Under the pieces are notes generated by a model. It did no database searches, was not told where the DNA came from, and was given only the letters and a program-made list of their open reading frames with translations. This document shows positions 40,247 to 50,943 of a stretch of 64,000 bases of DNA, in pieces. The DNA is taken from positions 1-64,000 of the forward strand of contig CAWIEK010000008.1 in NCBI GenBank assembly GCA_963835065.1, in the 5' to 3' direction. Both the position numbers and the translations under genes were made by a program. Positions within the stretch are counted from its first letter, which is position 1; every line of letters starts with the position of its first letter. Origin of the DNA: an uncultured Chthonomonadaceae bacterium (GTDB lineage: Bacteria > Armatimonadota > Chthonomonadetes > Chthonomonadales > Chthonomonadaceae).

Positions 40247-42676
40247 TTACGCCGCGCGAAGGTACTGCTCGACGAGGGCTGTAGCCGGCATTTCTATATC
40301 CGATAGTTCCCTGTCCGATAGTTCCCTGTCCGGTATTGCCGTACCCGGTATGTCTTTGCCGGGCGGGCAGATCGTTTGCGCGAAATGATGAGGGCCTGCG
40401 GCAATGCCATCCCCAAGTTCGGCGGCGGGAAGGGGGCGGGCAAAGAAGTACCCCTGCCCAATATGACACCCCAATTCCTGCAGTTGAGAAACCTGCTCGG
40501 CGGTTTCCACGCCTTCGCCGGTCACGTCCAGATGTAACGCCTTCGAGAGCATGATAATCGCGGCGACAATAGACCCGGACTCACGATGCTCCGTCAGTCG
40601 CTTGACAAACGCGCGGTCAATCTTGACGGTATCGAGCGGGAACAGGTTCAGGCTCGCCATGGACGAGTACCCGGTTCCGAAATCATCCATCGCCAATTTC
40701 ACGCCCAGCGCTTTGAGCGCGTGCAATTTGGCAACCGTATCTTCCACATCGGCCATCATCACGCTTTCCGTGATTTCCAGTTTGACGTTTTCCGGCGCAA
40801 CTTCGGTCTTCGCTAAAATGGCCTGCACTCGTTCGACAACATCGGATCGCTGCAGTTGCTTGCCGGAAAGGTTTACATTGACCGCCATCTGGCCGAAATT
40901 CGGATACGCTTCTTTCCATGCTTGCATCTGGCGGCATGCCTCTTCCAGCACCCAGTAGCCGATGGGCAAAATCAGCCCGGTTTCTTCGGCAATGGGAATA
41001 AACGCGCCGGGAGCCATCAAGCCTCTGGTGGGATGTTCCCAGCGTACCAGCGCTTCCACGCCGTTCATGCGCCCTGTTTCCAGATCAATGAGCGGCTGGT
41101 AATGCACTTTCAATTCGTTGCGCTCCACCGCAAAGCGCAGGCCGGTTTCAATCTCCATGCGCTCCACAACATCGGCATTCATGGTGGTATTGAACACGAC
41201 AAATCCCGACTTACCCTGCGATTTGGCCTGGTACATCGCCGTATCCGCATCGCGCAGCAGGTCTTCCGCTTCCAGTGCCTCGTCACTGGAAAAAGCGATC
41301 CCGATGCTTGCGGAAACGAAAACCTCGCGCCCGCCGAGCGCGATAGGCTGCTGCAATTGGGCCACGATCCGCTCCGCCGTTTGTGTCGCTTCTTCCACAT
41401 GGCAGACACTTTCCAGCAGCAGCGTGAACTCGTCGCCGCCCAATCGGGCAATAGTGTCTCCGCCGCGAGCCGACGCCTGCAATCGCTGCGCGACTGTTTT
41501 GAGCAAAGTATCCCCGGCCTCATGCCCCATGCTGTCGTTGACGAACTTGAAGTTATCTAAATCTACAAACAGGACAGCCACTCCCGTTTGCAGCCGCCCC
41601 ATGCGCCGAATCGCGCCCCCAAGCCGATCCTGAAAAAGCAGGCGATTGGGCAGGCCGGTGAGCGCGTCGTGCAGCGCCTGATGCTCCAGGCGCGCTTCGG
41701 CTTGCTTGCGCTCGGAAATGTCGCAAATAAAAGCGCTGAAAGTCAGCCGCTCACCGGCGCGGACACAGGAAAGCGACATGGCAATCGGAAAGGTATGGCC
41801 TTTCCGATGCAGCGCCTCGGTTTCGATGCGCTGCCCGACGAACCGCCCCTCTTCCCCGGCGATAAAGCGCCTGATATCGCGCTGATAGTTTTCGCGAAGC
41901 GCATGGGGAACGGTGGTTTCGGTGAGGGATCGGCCCAGCGCTTCGGCCTTCGTCCATCCGAAAATCGTTTCCGCCTGAGCGTTCCAGCCGATGATAAGCC
42001 CCTGCGCATCCGTAGCGACGACGGCATCCAGCGCTGTTTCCAGCACGGCCCGCGTCCGCTCTTCTTCGCCGCGCTGCGCTTCCTGCTGCGCGGCGGTCTG
42101 CTGTGAGCGGGCGACACGCTGCATAAAGACGCCGAGACACAGCCCGCCACTGACCAGCACACTAATTGAGGCCAGGGCCGTTTGTGTTCGCTTCTCGTCC
42201 GCCTGACGGTTGTAATAGGCAATCGCCTTCTGGATAGCCTGCTCAAGCCTCTCATAAGCCGGGTCTACCTGTGCCTCGGCGATTTTTTCAGCCTCGTCTA
42301 AATCTCCCTTGCTCAGGTAAGGAAACTCCGCGTCAAGCGCCGCATCATAAGCAAGGTAAGCGGCTTGCACCTGTTCGAGCAGCGCGCTGTTGGCATGGTT
42401 GCGCTGCAAGTTTAGAAGCGCGGTATCCGCCTGCTGATCCACTTGTTCTTCGGTTTGCGCCCGTTCCGGGGAAAGGTGTTTTTCCGCGACGGCTTCCTCC
42501 TCGATAGAATGTATTTGATAAACCACTCCCTGAAGGCGGGTCAGCTCTAACTGCGTATCGGTAAACTCGTCCGCGCGGCGCGCAACCTGTCCAATCAGGC
42601 TCCAGGCAAGAAGCGCCATGCACAGGGGAAGAATGATATAGGCCCATTTCGGGAAGTGTTTTGTAAGTCGGCTCAT
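40247..42676 (-). CDS. Membrane PAS-GGDEF-EAL diguanylate cyclase/phosphodiesterase
   Basis: Two TM helices, PAS domain, RLGGDEF, EALVRW and DDFGTGYSS motifs. Confidence 0.93.
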   Translation of the reverse strand: MSRLTKHFPKWAYIILPLCMALLAWSLIGQVARRADEFTDTQLELTRLQGVVYQIHSIEEEAVAEKHLSPERAQTEEQVDQQADTALLNLQRNHANSALLEQVQAAYLAYDAALDAEFPYLSKGDLDEAEKIAEAQVDPAYERLEQAIQKAIAYYNRQADEKRTQTALASISVLVSGGLCLGVFMQRVARSQQTAAQQEAQRGEEERTRAVLETALDAVVATDAQGLIIGWNAQAETIFGWTKAEALGRSLTETTVPHALRENYQRDIRRFIAGEEGRFVGQRIETEALHRKGHTFPIAMSLSCVRAGERLTFSAFICDISERKQAEARLEHQALHDALTGLPNRLLFQDRLGGAIRRMGRLQTGVAVLFVDLDNFKFVNDSMGHEAGDTLLKTVAQRLQASARGGDTIARLGGDEFTLLLESVCHVEEATQTAERIVAQLQQPIALGGREVFVSASIGIAFSSDEALEAEDLLRDADTAMYQAKSQGKSGFVVFNTTMNADVVERMEIETGLRFAVERNELKVHYQPLIDLETGRMNGVEALVRWEHPTRGLMAPGAFIPIAEETGLILPIGYWVLEEACRQMQAWKEAYPNFGQMAVNVNLSGKQLQRSDVVERVQAILAKTEVAPENVKLEITESVMMADVEDTVAKLHALKALGVKLAMDDFGTGYSSMASLNLFPLDTVKIDRAFVKRLTEHRESGSIVAAIIMLSKALHLDVTGEGVETAEQVSQLQELGCHIGQGYFFARPLPAAELGDGIAAGPHHFAQTICPPGKDIPGTAIPDRELSDRELSDIEMPATALVEQYLRAA

Positions 42677-42685
42677 GGTTCCTGT

Positions 42686-43448
42686 TTATTTCTTACCGAA
42701 GTTGAATTGTACGCCGGCGTAGACATTCAAGTCGGAAAACCCCTGTGCGCTGCGCCCCGCTTTCAGCAGCAAGGCTCGGTCCGGCGCGAAGTTATAAGTC
42801 AAACCTAAGCCCCCAGGCGAATTCCGCTTTCTGGCCGGAGGCGGCAGAAGTGTTGCCGTAGGCTTCCGCTCCCGCGCTGAGGTACTCTGTCAGTTGATAG
42901 GTGTACGCAAGGCCATACAGCAGGCTGTCCCGGCTGCCTTTATCGCCCACAAGGTTGACGCCGACGTTGCCGAAAAGCGTGGAGCGTTTGAACGCCTTCT
43001 GGCCGATGAAAAGCAACTGGTGGTCTACGCAGCCGGTTCCCAAACCACGCGACCGGCTGGCGGTGGGAATTTTCAGCGCGTAATCGAGAGCGAACTGCGG
43101 CCTGACTTTGGTTTCTTCCAGAAAGCGCCATTTCACTTCCGGCACAATATCTCCCAGGCCGGCGGTTCGTCCCGCCCCGTTGCTGCGCGTGGAAATGCCG
43201 GTCACTCCCAGCGTCAATTGCAGGTTGTTGAGATACCCGTAGTTGAAATCAAAACTTGGAAATTCCTGCGTTTCACTGCCGCGCTTCTGGCCGGAGAGAT
43301 AGCCCACATTGAGTTCAATATGATGCGGCTCCGGCGTTTCCGGGTCGGCCACATCGTAGGGTGGCCCCGCCAGGACAGGCGCTGTAGGCCAGCAAAATAC
43401 GCCCATCAAAGTTACAAAAACCACCGTAAACCATTTATTTTGTCGCAT
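42686..43448 (-). CDS. Outer-membrane beta-barrel 'transporter' (Phenol_MetA_deg-like), one extra G at 42810-42814
   Basis: Signal peptide, GPPY..DPETP, GLGDI...KWRF and GLGTG. The corrected frame ends ...NVYAGVQFNFGKK*. Confidence 0.72.
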
Positions 43449-43750
43449 TAACTGTCAGCCTTGAAAATGGAGCGGGAAACATCGCGGCTTGCGGCAGATG
43501 CTTTCCACGCAGAGTCAAGGGTTTTTTCCATGAAATCGTTATTTAATTTGCCGGAACAATTACGGGGATTCTCGTATAATGGCGGGGCGGCTCGCCTCGA
43601 AACCTGGCGAGGACGGGAACCCGGCAGCTTGTAAAAACGCGGGAAAGGGGCACAGGGAAGGAAAAACCGTAATTTATGCGGCTGATTTTTCCCATGCGAG
43701 AGAGTATTCTATAACCAGGAATGGTTTGCGAACCCCGTGGAGGAAAGAAA

Positions 43751-44146
43751 ATGAAGGCGATAATCAGCGCGTTTGCTTTGCTGCTGCTCTTGAATGGCAT
43801 GCAGGTTTCCGCCGGCCACGCGCCGGGGCGCAGCCAGGGTGACGATGCCGTCCGTCTGCTGCGCGCTTTGCGCCAAAACGCTTTGGACGCCGGGAGCAAT
43901 GTCGGCATTTACCAGTGGAAGCGCGTCAACCGGGAGACAGACCGGATTGCCGCAGACGCCCGCAAGTTTTCAGCCCTGCCCGCGCCTGCCATGCCGCCAG
44001 GCCAGAACGCGCAGCAAGCCATGCAGGACTTGCAGCAGGCCGCGCATGACTTGCGGGAAGCGCGTTTGCAGCGCGACGCGGTACAGATGGATGAAGCCGC
44101 CCACAGGCTTGCCGCCGCTTGCGACACCCTGCTCGCGTTAAAATAA
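43751..44146 (+). CDS. Secreted helical hypothetical protein
   Basis: GGAGG RBS and signal peptide MKAIISAFALLLLL. Confidence 0.65.
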   Translation: MKAIISAFALLLLLNGMQVSAGHAPGRSQGDDAVRLLRALRQNALDAGSNVGIYQWKRVNRETDRIAADARKFSALPAPAMPPGQNAQQAMQDLQQAAHDLREARLQRDAVQMDEAAHRLAAACDTLLALK

Positions 44147-44169
44147 AAGGTATCGGGAACGAACGATGC

Positions 44170-44658
44170 CTAACGCAGCATTTTGGACATGAAGCGGTGT
44201 TCGATGTCGCAGTCCAGAAAGATGTCGCCTGCCGCCACATAGCCGAGTTTCTCGTAAAAAGGAATGGCGTAGCATTGCGCGTCCAGAACCAGTTGGGTAA
44301 AGCCGCGTTCGCGGGCCGTCTGCTCCACCGTTCGCATCAGCAGCGCGCCCACGCCCTTGCCCCGGTGTTCCCGCAGCACGGCAACGCGCCCGATCTTGCC
44401 CTTGCCATGTCCCTTGTCCACCAGCCGCGCCGCGCCAACAATGGACGCGGCCTCCGCTTCCTGCGCGCCGGTTTGACGTGCCCAAAAGTGCGTGGCGACC
44501 ATATCCAGCGCGTCCAATTCCTCTTCGGGCGGAACCGCCTGCTCCTCAACAAAAACAACCATGCGGACGGCAAAAACCGCTTCCCGCTCCTCATTTGTAT
44601 GTACCAGTCCCGCCGTGTAACCGGGCGCGTTGCCGTTTTCTAATGCTGCTGTGTTCAT
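44170..44658 (-). CDS. GNAT acetyltransferase (ElaA/YjcF-like)
   Basis: RMVVFVEEQ, IGRVAVL..HRGKGVG and AQ..AIPFYEKLG motifs. Confidence 0.9.
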   Translation of the reverse strand: MNTAALENGNAPGYTAGLVHTNEEREAVFAVRMVVFVEEQAVPPEEELDALDMVATHFWARQTGAQEAEAASIVGAARLVDKGHGKGKIGRVAVLREHRGKGVGALLMRTVEQTARERGFTQLVLDAQCYAIPFYEKLGYVAAGDIFLDCDIEHRFMSKMLR

Positions 44659-44701
44659 ACGCGCTATTTCGCCCTGCTTTGCGCAGTTTCCTGCCGGGGG
44701 T

Positions 44702-44765
44702 TACGCATCTACGCATCTACGTACACCTGAACACCTGAACACCTGAACACCGAACACCGAATACC
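44702..44765 (-). repeat. Octamer/heptamer array (GGTGTTCA)n downstream of cheA
   Basis: Same unit as 17042-17156. Confidence 0.85.
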
Positions 44766-44784
44766 GGCGTTTTCAGGGTAGGCT

Positions 44785-46764
44785 CTATGCCGCCTGCCGG
44801 TAAACAGTATTGGATGTGCGCATACTTTGGATCAGCGCGGGCACATCCATAATCAAAGCCACGCGCCCGTCGCCCATAATTGTGGCTCCGGCGATGCCTT
44901 CCACCTTGCGGTAATTGGTTTCCAGGCTTTTGACGACCACCTGGCTCTGGCCGATGAGTTTATCCACGAGCAGCGCCACTTTCAGGCCGGCGTTTTCCAC
45001 AATGACCAGCAAGCCGCGCGTGGGGTCGGTGACAAACGAGGCCGCGCCGAAAACCTGGTACAAGCGCATAATCGGCAGCGCCTCGCCCCGTACCAGCGCC
45101 ACCTCGCGTTGGCCGGCGAGCATACGAATCTCGCCCGCTTTTGGCCGGATGCTTTCCACGATGCTTGTCAGGGGAAGCACGTACACTTCCTCGCCCACCA
45201 ATACGGACAGCCCTTCCAGAATCGCCATCGTCAGCGGCAGGCGGATGCGGAAGCGCGTACCGTGACCGGGCGTGGAAAGAAGGGTAATCGAGCCGCCGAG
45301 ACTTTGCGCGGACTGCTTTACAATGTCCATGCCCACGCCGCGCCCGGACAAATCCGTCACCTGCGGAGCCGTGGAAAAGCCCGGATGAAAGATGAAGTTG
45401 TACAGCGTTTCGTCAGGCGGGGGCGGGTCGCTTTCCAACAGCAGGCCGCGCTCAATGGCTTTACGCAGGATGCGTTCGCCGTTCAGCCCACGCCCATCGT
45501 CCGACACTTCGATAACGATACTGCCCCCCTCATGGAAAGCGTTGAGCGCGATAATGCCCGTTTCGGCCTTGCCCGCGTCGCGCCGCTCTTCGGGCGTTTC
45601 CAGACCGTGATCCACGCTGTTGCGGATAAGATGCGTGAGCGGGTCGGCAATCGCTTCGATCACCGATTTGTCCAATTCCGTGTCTTCGCCGGACGTCCTC
45701 AGTTCAACTTTCTTGCCGCAGATCGTCGCCAGATCATACACCAGGCGCGGAAAGCGGCCAAACGCATATTTGATGGGCAGCATCCGCACAGCCATCACGC
45801 GCTCCTGCAGTTCGCGGCTGGCGCGTTCCATTTCCGCCACCGCTTCGCGCAGGCGCGGCAGTTTCGCCATCGAAAAGTTCTGGACGACTTCGTTGAGCAT
45901 GGACTGGTTGATAATCAACTCGCCCACCAGATTGATAAGTTTGTCTATTTTATCCGTCGCCACGCGCAGTGTTTGCGTTTCGCTTTTACCGGCAGGAACG
46001 CTTGCGCTAAGGGATGAGGGAGACACCGTAAGGGATGAGGGATAAGGGATGAGGGATGAGGGCTTCGCTTGCGTTTCCCCTTTGGCGACTGGAACGCTTA
46101 CATCGAAGGCGTTTTTAGTGGAAGCGCTTACATCGAAGGCGCTTACATTAGCAGCGTTTTCATCCGAAGCAATTTCATCGAAAGCACGTGTCGGCGCAAG
46201 GGTTGGCGCGGGTGTCGGCGCGAAAAACTCCTCGAATGTTGTGGACGGAGCGGCGTCGGCGTCTGGTACAGCGGCAGGCTGCTCGTCCGGCGCTGACGCG
46301 GAACCAGTCTGTTCCACCAGCATCTGCGCGATTTCGGCGCGCAGGGCGTCCTCGTCCCACTCTTCTTCCACATAGCCCGTAAGCGCGATTACTTCTTCGA
46401 TTTGAAAAATCAGAGTTTCGGAAGCTTTGGCTGCCGCCGCCGCGCCCCGCGCCACCGCAAGCAGCGCTTTCAATTGATCCAGCGATTCCAGCAGCAAATG
46501 CGTGATTTGCGTATCTACCTGCGCTTTGCCGTTGCGCAGCAAGTCCAGCAGGGTTTCGAGGCTGTGGGTGAAGCGCGCCATATCCGCAAAACCGAATGTG
46601 GCGCTGCCGCCTTTGATGGAGTGCGCGCAGCGAAAAATGGTGTTGAGCAGTTCCGGCTCATTGGGCGCGGACGCCAGCCGCAGCAGCAGTTTCTCCAGGT
46701 CCGCCAGAATGTCTTCGGTTTCTTCAAAAAACGTCTGCTGGAATACGCTCATATCAATGTTCAT
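44785..46764 (-). CDS. cheA: Chemotaxis histidine kinase
   Basis: Hpt FRCAHSIKGG, DKLINLVGEL, HLIRNSVDHG, DDGRG, SGRGVGMD and a CheW-like domain. Confidence 0.95.
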   Translation of the reverse strand: MNIDMSVFQQTFFEETEDILADLEKLLLRLASAPNEPELLNTIFRCAHSIKGGSATFGFADMARFTHSLETLLDLLRNGKAQVDTQITHLLLESLDQLKALLAVARGAAAAAKASETLIFQIEEVIALTGYVEEEWDEDALRAEIAQMLVEQTGSASAPDEQPAAVPDADAAPSTTFEEFFAPTPAPTLAPTRAFDEIASDENAANVSAFDVSASTKNAFDVSVPVAKGETQAKPSSLIPYPSSLTVSPSSLSASVPAGKSETQTLRVATDKIDKLINLVGELIINQSMLNEVVQNFSMAKLPRLREAVAEMERASRELQERVMAVRMLPIKYAFGRFPRLVYDLATICGKKVELRTSGEDTELDKSVIEAIADPLTHLIRNSVDHGLETPEERRDAGKAETGIIALNAFHEGGSIVIEVSDDGRGLNGERILRKAIERGLLLESDPPPPDETLYNFIFHPGFSTAPQVTDLSGRGVGMDIVKQSAQSLGGSITLLSTPGHGTRFRIRLPLTMAILEGLSVLVGEEVYVLPLTSIVESIRPKAGEIRMLAGQREVALVRGEALPIMRLYQVFGAASFVTDPTRGLLVIVENAGLKVALLVDKLIGQSQVVVKSLETNYRKVEGIAGATIMGDGRVALIMDVPALIQSMRTSNTVYRQAA

Positions 46765-46894
46765 ACAGCGATACCTTTTTCATCACGGCTTTCAGCGGCC
46801 CACATGCCTGCCAACGCAGCCCTGTTTGCTCACGCTCATTCTCAACGCTTGAAAAACGGTCAGGGGAAGGGGGCGGTACTGCAAATGGGTACTA

Positions 46895-46921
46895 TTGTCG
46901 GCTGAGTTACCGTAATGTTTA
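46895..46921 (-). promoter_or_regulatory. Sigma28 (FliA/SigD) promoter for cheA
   Basis: TAAA-N15-GCCGACAA; consensus is TAAA-N15-GCCGATAA. Confidence 0.75.
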
Positions 46922-46961
46922 GGTTGTTCTTGCTGCAGAAAGCGTCATCTGTCTCGGAAAC

Positions 46962-47068
46962 GGGAGGGTTGGCGTTGAAAATAGCCCCTCTCATATGCTT
47001 TTCGGGAGCGGGGTTCGGCTAAAAATTAGCCCCTCTCCCAAAGTTGGGAGAGGGGTTGGGGTGAGGGC
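46962..47068. repeat. Tandem degenerate REP-like hairpin array
   Basis: ~47-bp units ending GCCCCTCTCCCAAAGTTGGGAGAGGGGTTGGGGTGAGGGC. Confidence 0.8.
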
Positions 47069-47082
47069 CTCAATACTTACCT

Positions 47083-48288
47083 TTATTGCGCGGGAAGCGT
47101 AAACCAAAACGTGCTGCCTTTGCCGTACTCGCTTTGCACCTGTACGCTGCCGCCGTGCATTTCGACGATGTGCTTCACGATGGACAGCCCCAGTCCCGTT
47201 CCCCCCGATTGGCGCGAACGCGCTTTGTCCACGCGGTAAAAACGCTCGAATAAGCGCGGCACGTCCTGGCTGAGAACGCCGATACCCGTATCTTTCACAT
47301 AGACACCGGCGCGGCTGTCCCTGATTTCCGTCCACACGGTGATTTTGCCGCCGCTTGGCGTGTACTTGATGGCATTGTCTACGAGATTGACCAGTACCTG
47401 CTCGATTTGATCGCGGTTAGCGTTGATTTCAATATGCGGGCCACCCGTGTAAGCCAGCTGCAGATTGGATTTTTCCGCCTGTGGGCTTAGTCGTTCAATC
47501 ACGTCGCGTACAAGCGTGGTGAGCGCGAAGGGTTCACGTTCGGGAGCCTGTGACTCGGCGCGCGACAGGATGAGCAGGTCTTCCAGAATCCGCGTCAGGC
47601 GCTCCACTTCGCCCACAATGATGTTGACAAAGCGATTGGCGACTTCGCTATCGTACAGCGCGCCGTCCTGAAGGGTTTCCGCCATTGCGCGTATGGAGGC
47701 AAGGGGCGTTCGCAATTCGTGGGAAACATTCGCCACAAAATCCCGGCGCACCGTTTCCAGTCGGCGTAATTCGGTGACATCCTCAAACAGCAGCAGAAAG
47801 CAGGGGTCGGGGCCGGATTCCTCAAACGTGGGAAGACGCCCGTTGGGGTCGGCTATGTCGGAAAGGAGCAGGGGAATCACGCGAGTTCGCAGGGTGCGCC
47901 CGCCGATTTCAGCGCGCTGAATCTCCTGCACCTGCGCCGCGCCGGTTTCCTGCGCCCGGTTCACGAGCGCCCCGATTTCGTAGGAAAGCGTCGCTTCCAG
48001 CAGCGTTTTGCCGACAAGCGCATTCCCGCGCAGGCTCAACAGGCGTGTCGCCGCCGCATTGCCTTCCAAAATGCGTTTTTGCGCATCGGCAATGAGGACG
48101 CCGGTATCCAACTGCTCCAGCAGCAGGCGATACACTGCCGCGCTGATGCCATTGCCTTCCTGAACACTGTTCAAATTACCAACCTGTTCACTATAAACGC
48201 CCGCTTTATCAGAGCCGAGTCGGGAACGACCCGTCTGCTCCACTGCGGTCAATCGGTCTGCGACCGGGCCACGCTTCGTCCTCACCAA
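47083..48288 (-). CDS. PhoR-like PAS histidine kinase (no TM helix evident; start uncertain)
   Basis: RRDFVANVSHELRTPL, NLVDNAIKY and FERFYRVDKARSR..GGTGLGLSIVKH motifs. Confidence 0.9.
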   Translation of the reverse strand: MVRTKRGPVADRLTAVEQTGRSRLGSDKAGVYSEQVGNLNSVQEGNGISAAVYRLLLEQLDTGVLIADAQKRILEGNAAATRLLSLRGNALVGKTLLEATLSYEIGALVNRAQETGAAQVQEIQRAEIGGRTLRTRVIPLLLSDIADPNGRLPTFEESGPDPCFLLLFEDVTELRRLETVRRDFVANVSHELRTPLASIRAMAETLQDGALYDSEVANRFVNIIVGEVERLTRILEDLLILSRAESQAPEREPFALTTLVRDVIERLSPQAEKSNLQLAYTGGPHIEINANRDQIEQVLVNLVDNAIKYTPSGGKITVWTEIRDSRAGVYVKDTGIGVLSQDVPRLFERFYRVDKARSRQSGGTGLGLSIVKHIVEMHGGSVQVQSEYGKGSTFWFTLPAQ

Positions 48289-48305
48289 TCACCCGCCACC
48301 CGCCA

Positions 48306-48980
48306 CTAACCACTAAATTTATAGCCGACGCCGCGCACGGTCAGCAGGCGGCGGGGATGCGAAGGATCGTCTTCCACTTTTTCGCGCAGCCAGCGGATAT
48401 GCACGTCAACCGTGCGCTCCTCAACGTAGGCTTCCGCGCCCCAAACCCGATCCAGCAGCACTTGCCGCGAAAACACCTGCCCCGGATGCGTGGCAAGGAA
48501 GCGCAGCAATTCAAATTCTTTGGGTGACAGCGTGACCGGGCGGGTTCCCACGCGAACCTCGAACCGGGTCGGGTCAATGGTCAGATTGCCGGCCTGTATC
48601 GGCTGTTCGGTCAGTTCCTGCGCATTCGTGCGGCGCAGAACGCCCTTCACCCGCGCCATCAGTTCGCGCATGTTGAACGGCTTGGTGACGTAATCATCCG
48701 CGCCCAATTCCAGGCCGACAACGCGATCTGAGGAATCGGCGCGGGCCGTCAGCATGATAATGGGAACGCTGTTCTGCTTGCGCAGCATCCGGCACACATC
48801 AAAACCACTGGCGGAAGGCAGCATTACATCTAATATAATCAGGTCCGGCTGATCGCGTTTGGCGATCTCCAGGCATTGCTCCGCGTCGGCGGCGGTCAGC
48901 ACGCGGAAGCCTTCCTTTTTCAAATTGTAGGCGACAGCTTCTACAATCGGCAATTCGTCATCCACGACGAGAACTTTCAT
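48306..48980 (-). CDS. OmpR/PhoB-family response regulator
   Basis: VVDDE, ILDVMLP, GADDYVTKPF, RTVDVHIRWLREK and TVRGVGY motifs. Confidence 0.93.
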   Translation of the reverse strand: MKVLVVDDELPIVEAVAYNLKKEGFRVLTAADAEQCLEIAKRDQPDLIILDVMLPSASGFDVCRMLRKQNSVPIIMLTARADSSDRVVGLELGADDYVTKPFNMRELMARVKGVLRRTNAQELTEQPIQAGNLTIDPTRFEVRVGTRPVTLSPKEFELLRFLATHPGQVFSRQVLLDRVWGAEAYVEERTVDVHIRWLREKVEDDPSHPRRLLTVRGVGYKFSG

Positions 48981-49190
48981 GGCGGCGTTCCTCATCCTTC
49001 CCGACATATCGCCCACGAGGTCGGCGCAGGTCACGCCACGAACCCCGAAGAAACTGCTACATAATAATTATAGCATCTTGCGGGCGTCACGCAGGGAAGG
49101 CAGCAGGCGCAAGATACGCTAAACAAGGCAATTTCCGCGCCGAGTCGCAAATTCAAGCCTTAAATTGGATGTATACAAATGTCACACAAA

Positions 49191-49337
49191 AGGGATGGGA
49201 GTTGAAAAATAGCCTCTCTTATACGCTTGTGGGAGAGGAATTGGGGTTAATACAGCCTCTCGCGCAAAACTGGGAAAGGGGTTGAGGGTTAAAAACAGCC
49301 CCTGACCCAAAGTTGGAGGAGGGGCTGGGGTGAGGGC
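49191..49337. repeat. Tandem degenerate REP-like hairpin array
   Basis: Three to four ~47-bp units homologous to 46962-47068. Confidence 0.8.
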
Positions 49338-49356
49338 AAGAATAGTTACGATTCTG

Positions 49357-50885
49357 CTATTTCAGCCCTGTTTCGGAGGTGCCGGGCGCAGGCGCGGACG
49401 TGGCGGCGTCGCCCACATAGCGGAAATAGGCGAGCCGGTTCAGCAGGCTGGCGGCGGCATCCGTGTCCGGGTTGGCATTGTTAGCGGTGCTGCGATCTAG
49501 TTCCGCTTCCAAAACAACGGCCTGCCCCGCCGTTGCGGTTTGCGTTTGTATGAAGACTTTGACCTTCATCAAGACCATGTTGTTGGCAAAGGCCGTGCGC
49601 GCTGCGCGGTACACGTTGCGCAGCAGTATCTCCTGTCCATGCGAACTGCTGTCCAAAACCAGCGAAGGCGCTCCTGTCAGCAGCACAGTAGCCCCGACGC
49701 CGCCATCCGCGACGGTTCGCGCCTGCTGCAAGCCATCCGTCAGCCGGTTCGAGGGCGGCGCCGACTGCGCGGTTACGTTGCCCTCTGCTGAGGAAAGAGG
49801 CCGCACTTCCTGCACGGGCGCGGGCGGAACATTGAGCAGGGGCGTGGCATTGGCGCTTGTTTGCGCGCCGGAACCAAAGGCAGGCAGTGTCGAACCGGAC
49901 GGCGGCGTACTTGTCGTTGGCATCGCGCGAGTGACAGCCGGGGCGGTTGTGGTGTGCGCGTTACGGTCAGGAGGCAGGCCCGCGCCTCCCGTAACCACCG
50001 GGCGATTGCCGTTTGCCGCTCGTATCACGGTGTAGGAGGGCAGGGTTTTGTCCAGATGGTGTGAGGGCATGTCGAAGGAGCCGGTTCCGAACGGCGCGCG
50101 CGCGCGAGGCGTTTTGGCATTGGCGTTCGCGTTGCCATGCGCCCGATTCCACACCAGAGCCACAAGCGCCAGCATAACGAACGCGACGGAAATCGTAGTA
50201 ATCCCGCGCAGCCATCGGCGCGGCGATAAGCCCATTAAGTTCTGCGTACCCGTGTTCAGATCGGTTTCGCGGTCTATCGCCGACACGGACGAGTCGCCGT
50301 ATCCGCGCTGAGTTCGCAGCACGTTCATGCGCTCGTGCCGCTCCCGCTGCTGCTTCACCTGTTCCAGTTTGGCTTGATCGGTCGGGTTGGGGCGCAGATC
50401 AACCGCCATGCCGTACCACTGAATGGCGTCATCCAGGCGGTTCTGGTCGCGGTAAACATCGCCGAGCAGAACATGCGCCGTCTGGTTGGCAGGCTGCAAG
50501 CGCAGGACGGCCACGCAGCAGTCAATGGCTTCGTCCCACTGGTGGCGCATCCGATGCAGGTTTGCCTGCGCCAGTAATGCGTGAATGGTCTGTCCCGACA
50601 GTTTTTCGTTGGGCAGTCCCGCTCCCGCCGACGTTTCCGGCAGTCCGGGAAAGGGCGAGGTCTGCACTTTGCCGCTTACGCCACCGGAAAGGGTATTGGC
50701 GCGTAAAGCGGCGGCGAGCGCCATCTGCATTTCATTATCAGGGCCGGCCTGAGCCGAAGTGAAAACAGCCCCATCCGAATCGGCGTGATTATTCGCCGCG
50801 CTATGCTCGGTGGCTTTGCCGCAGCGCGGGCAGAAATTGGCGTCAGCGCTCAACTTCATCTCACATTGGGTACATTCCATAGTCA
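49357..50885 (-). CDS. Zinc-ribbon + TPR membrane protein
   Basis: CTQC...FCPRCG, TPR (AHVLLGDVY...AIQWY), a TM helix and a Pro/Thr-rich linker. Confidence 0.75.
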
Positions 50886-50943
50886 TTGTTCCAACACAAA
50901 AGGCTGTACAACGGACAGCAAACAAGCGCAACTCGCAGTTATT

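Noticed and set aside
40299..40332. 15-bp tandem repeat (DRELS x2) at the EAL C-terminus
   Set aside because: A simple in-frame duplication in a disordered tail.
43560..43700. Possible riboswitch between the beta-barrel/GGDEF genes and the divergent gene
   Set aside because: Only a short hairpin; I could not match c-di-GMP or other known aptamer motifs by eye. An Rfam scan is needed.
49165..49190. Pho box upstream of the response regulator
   Set aside because: Weak match with 10-bp rather than 11-bp spacing, and it abuts a repeat array.
49191..49337. Periodic hairpins as a degenerate CRISPR array
   Set aside because: Whole units are homologous, so there are no unique spacers.
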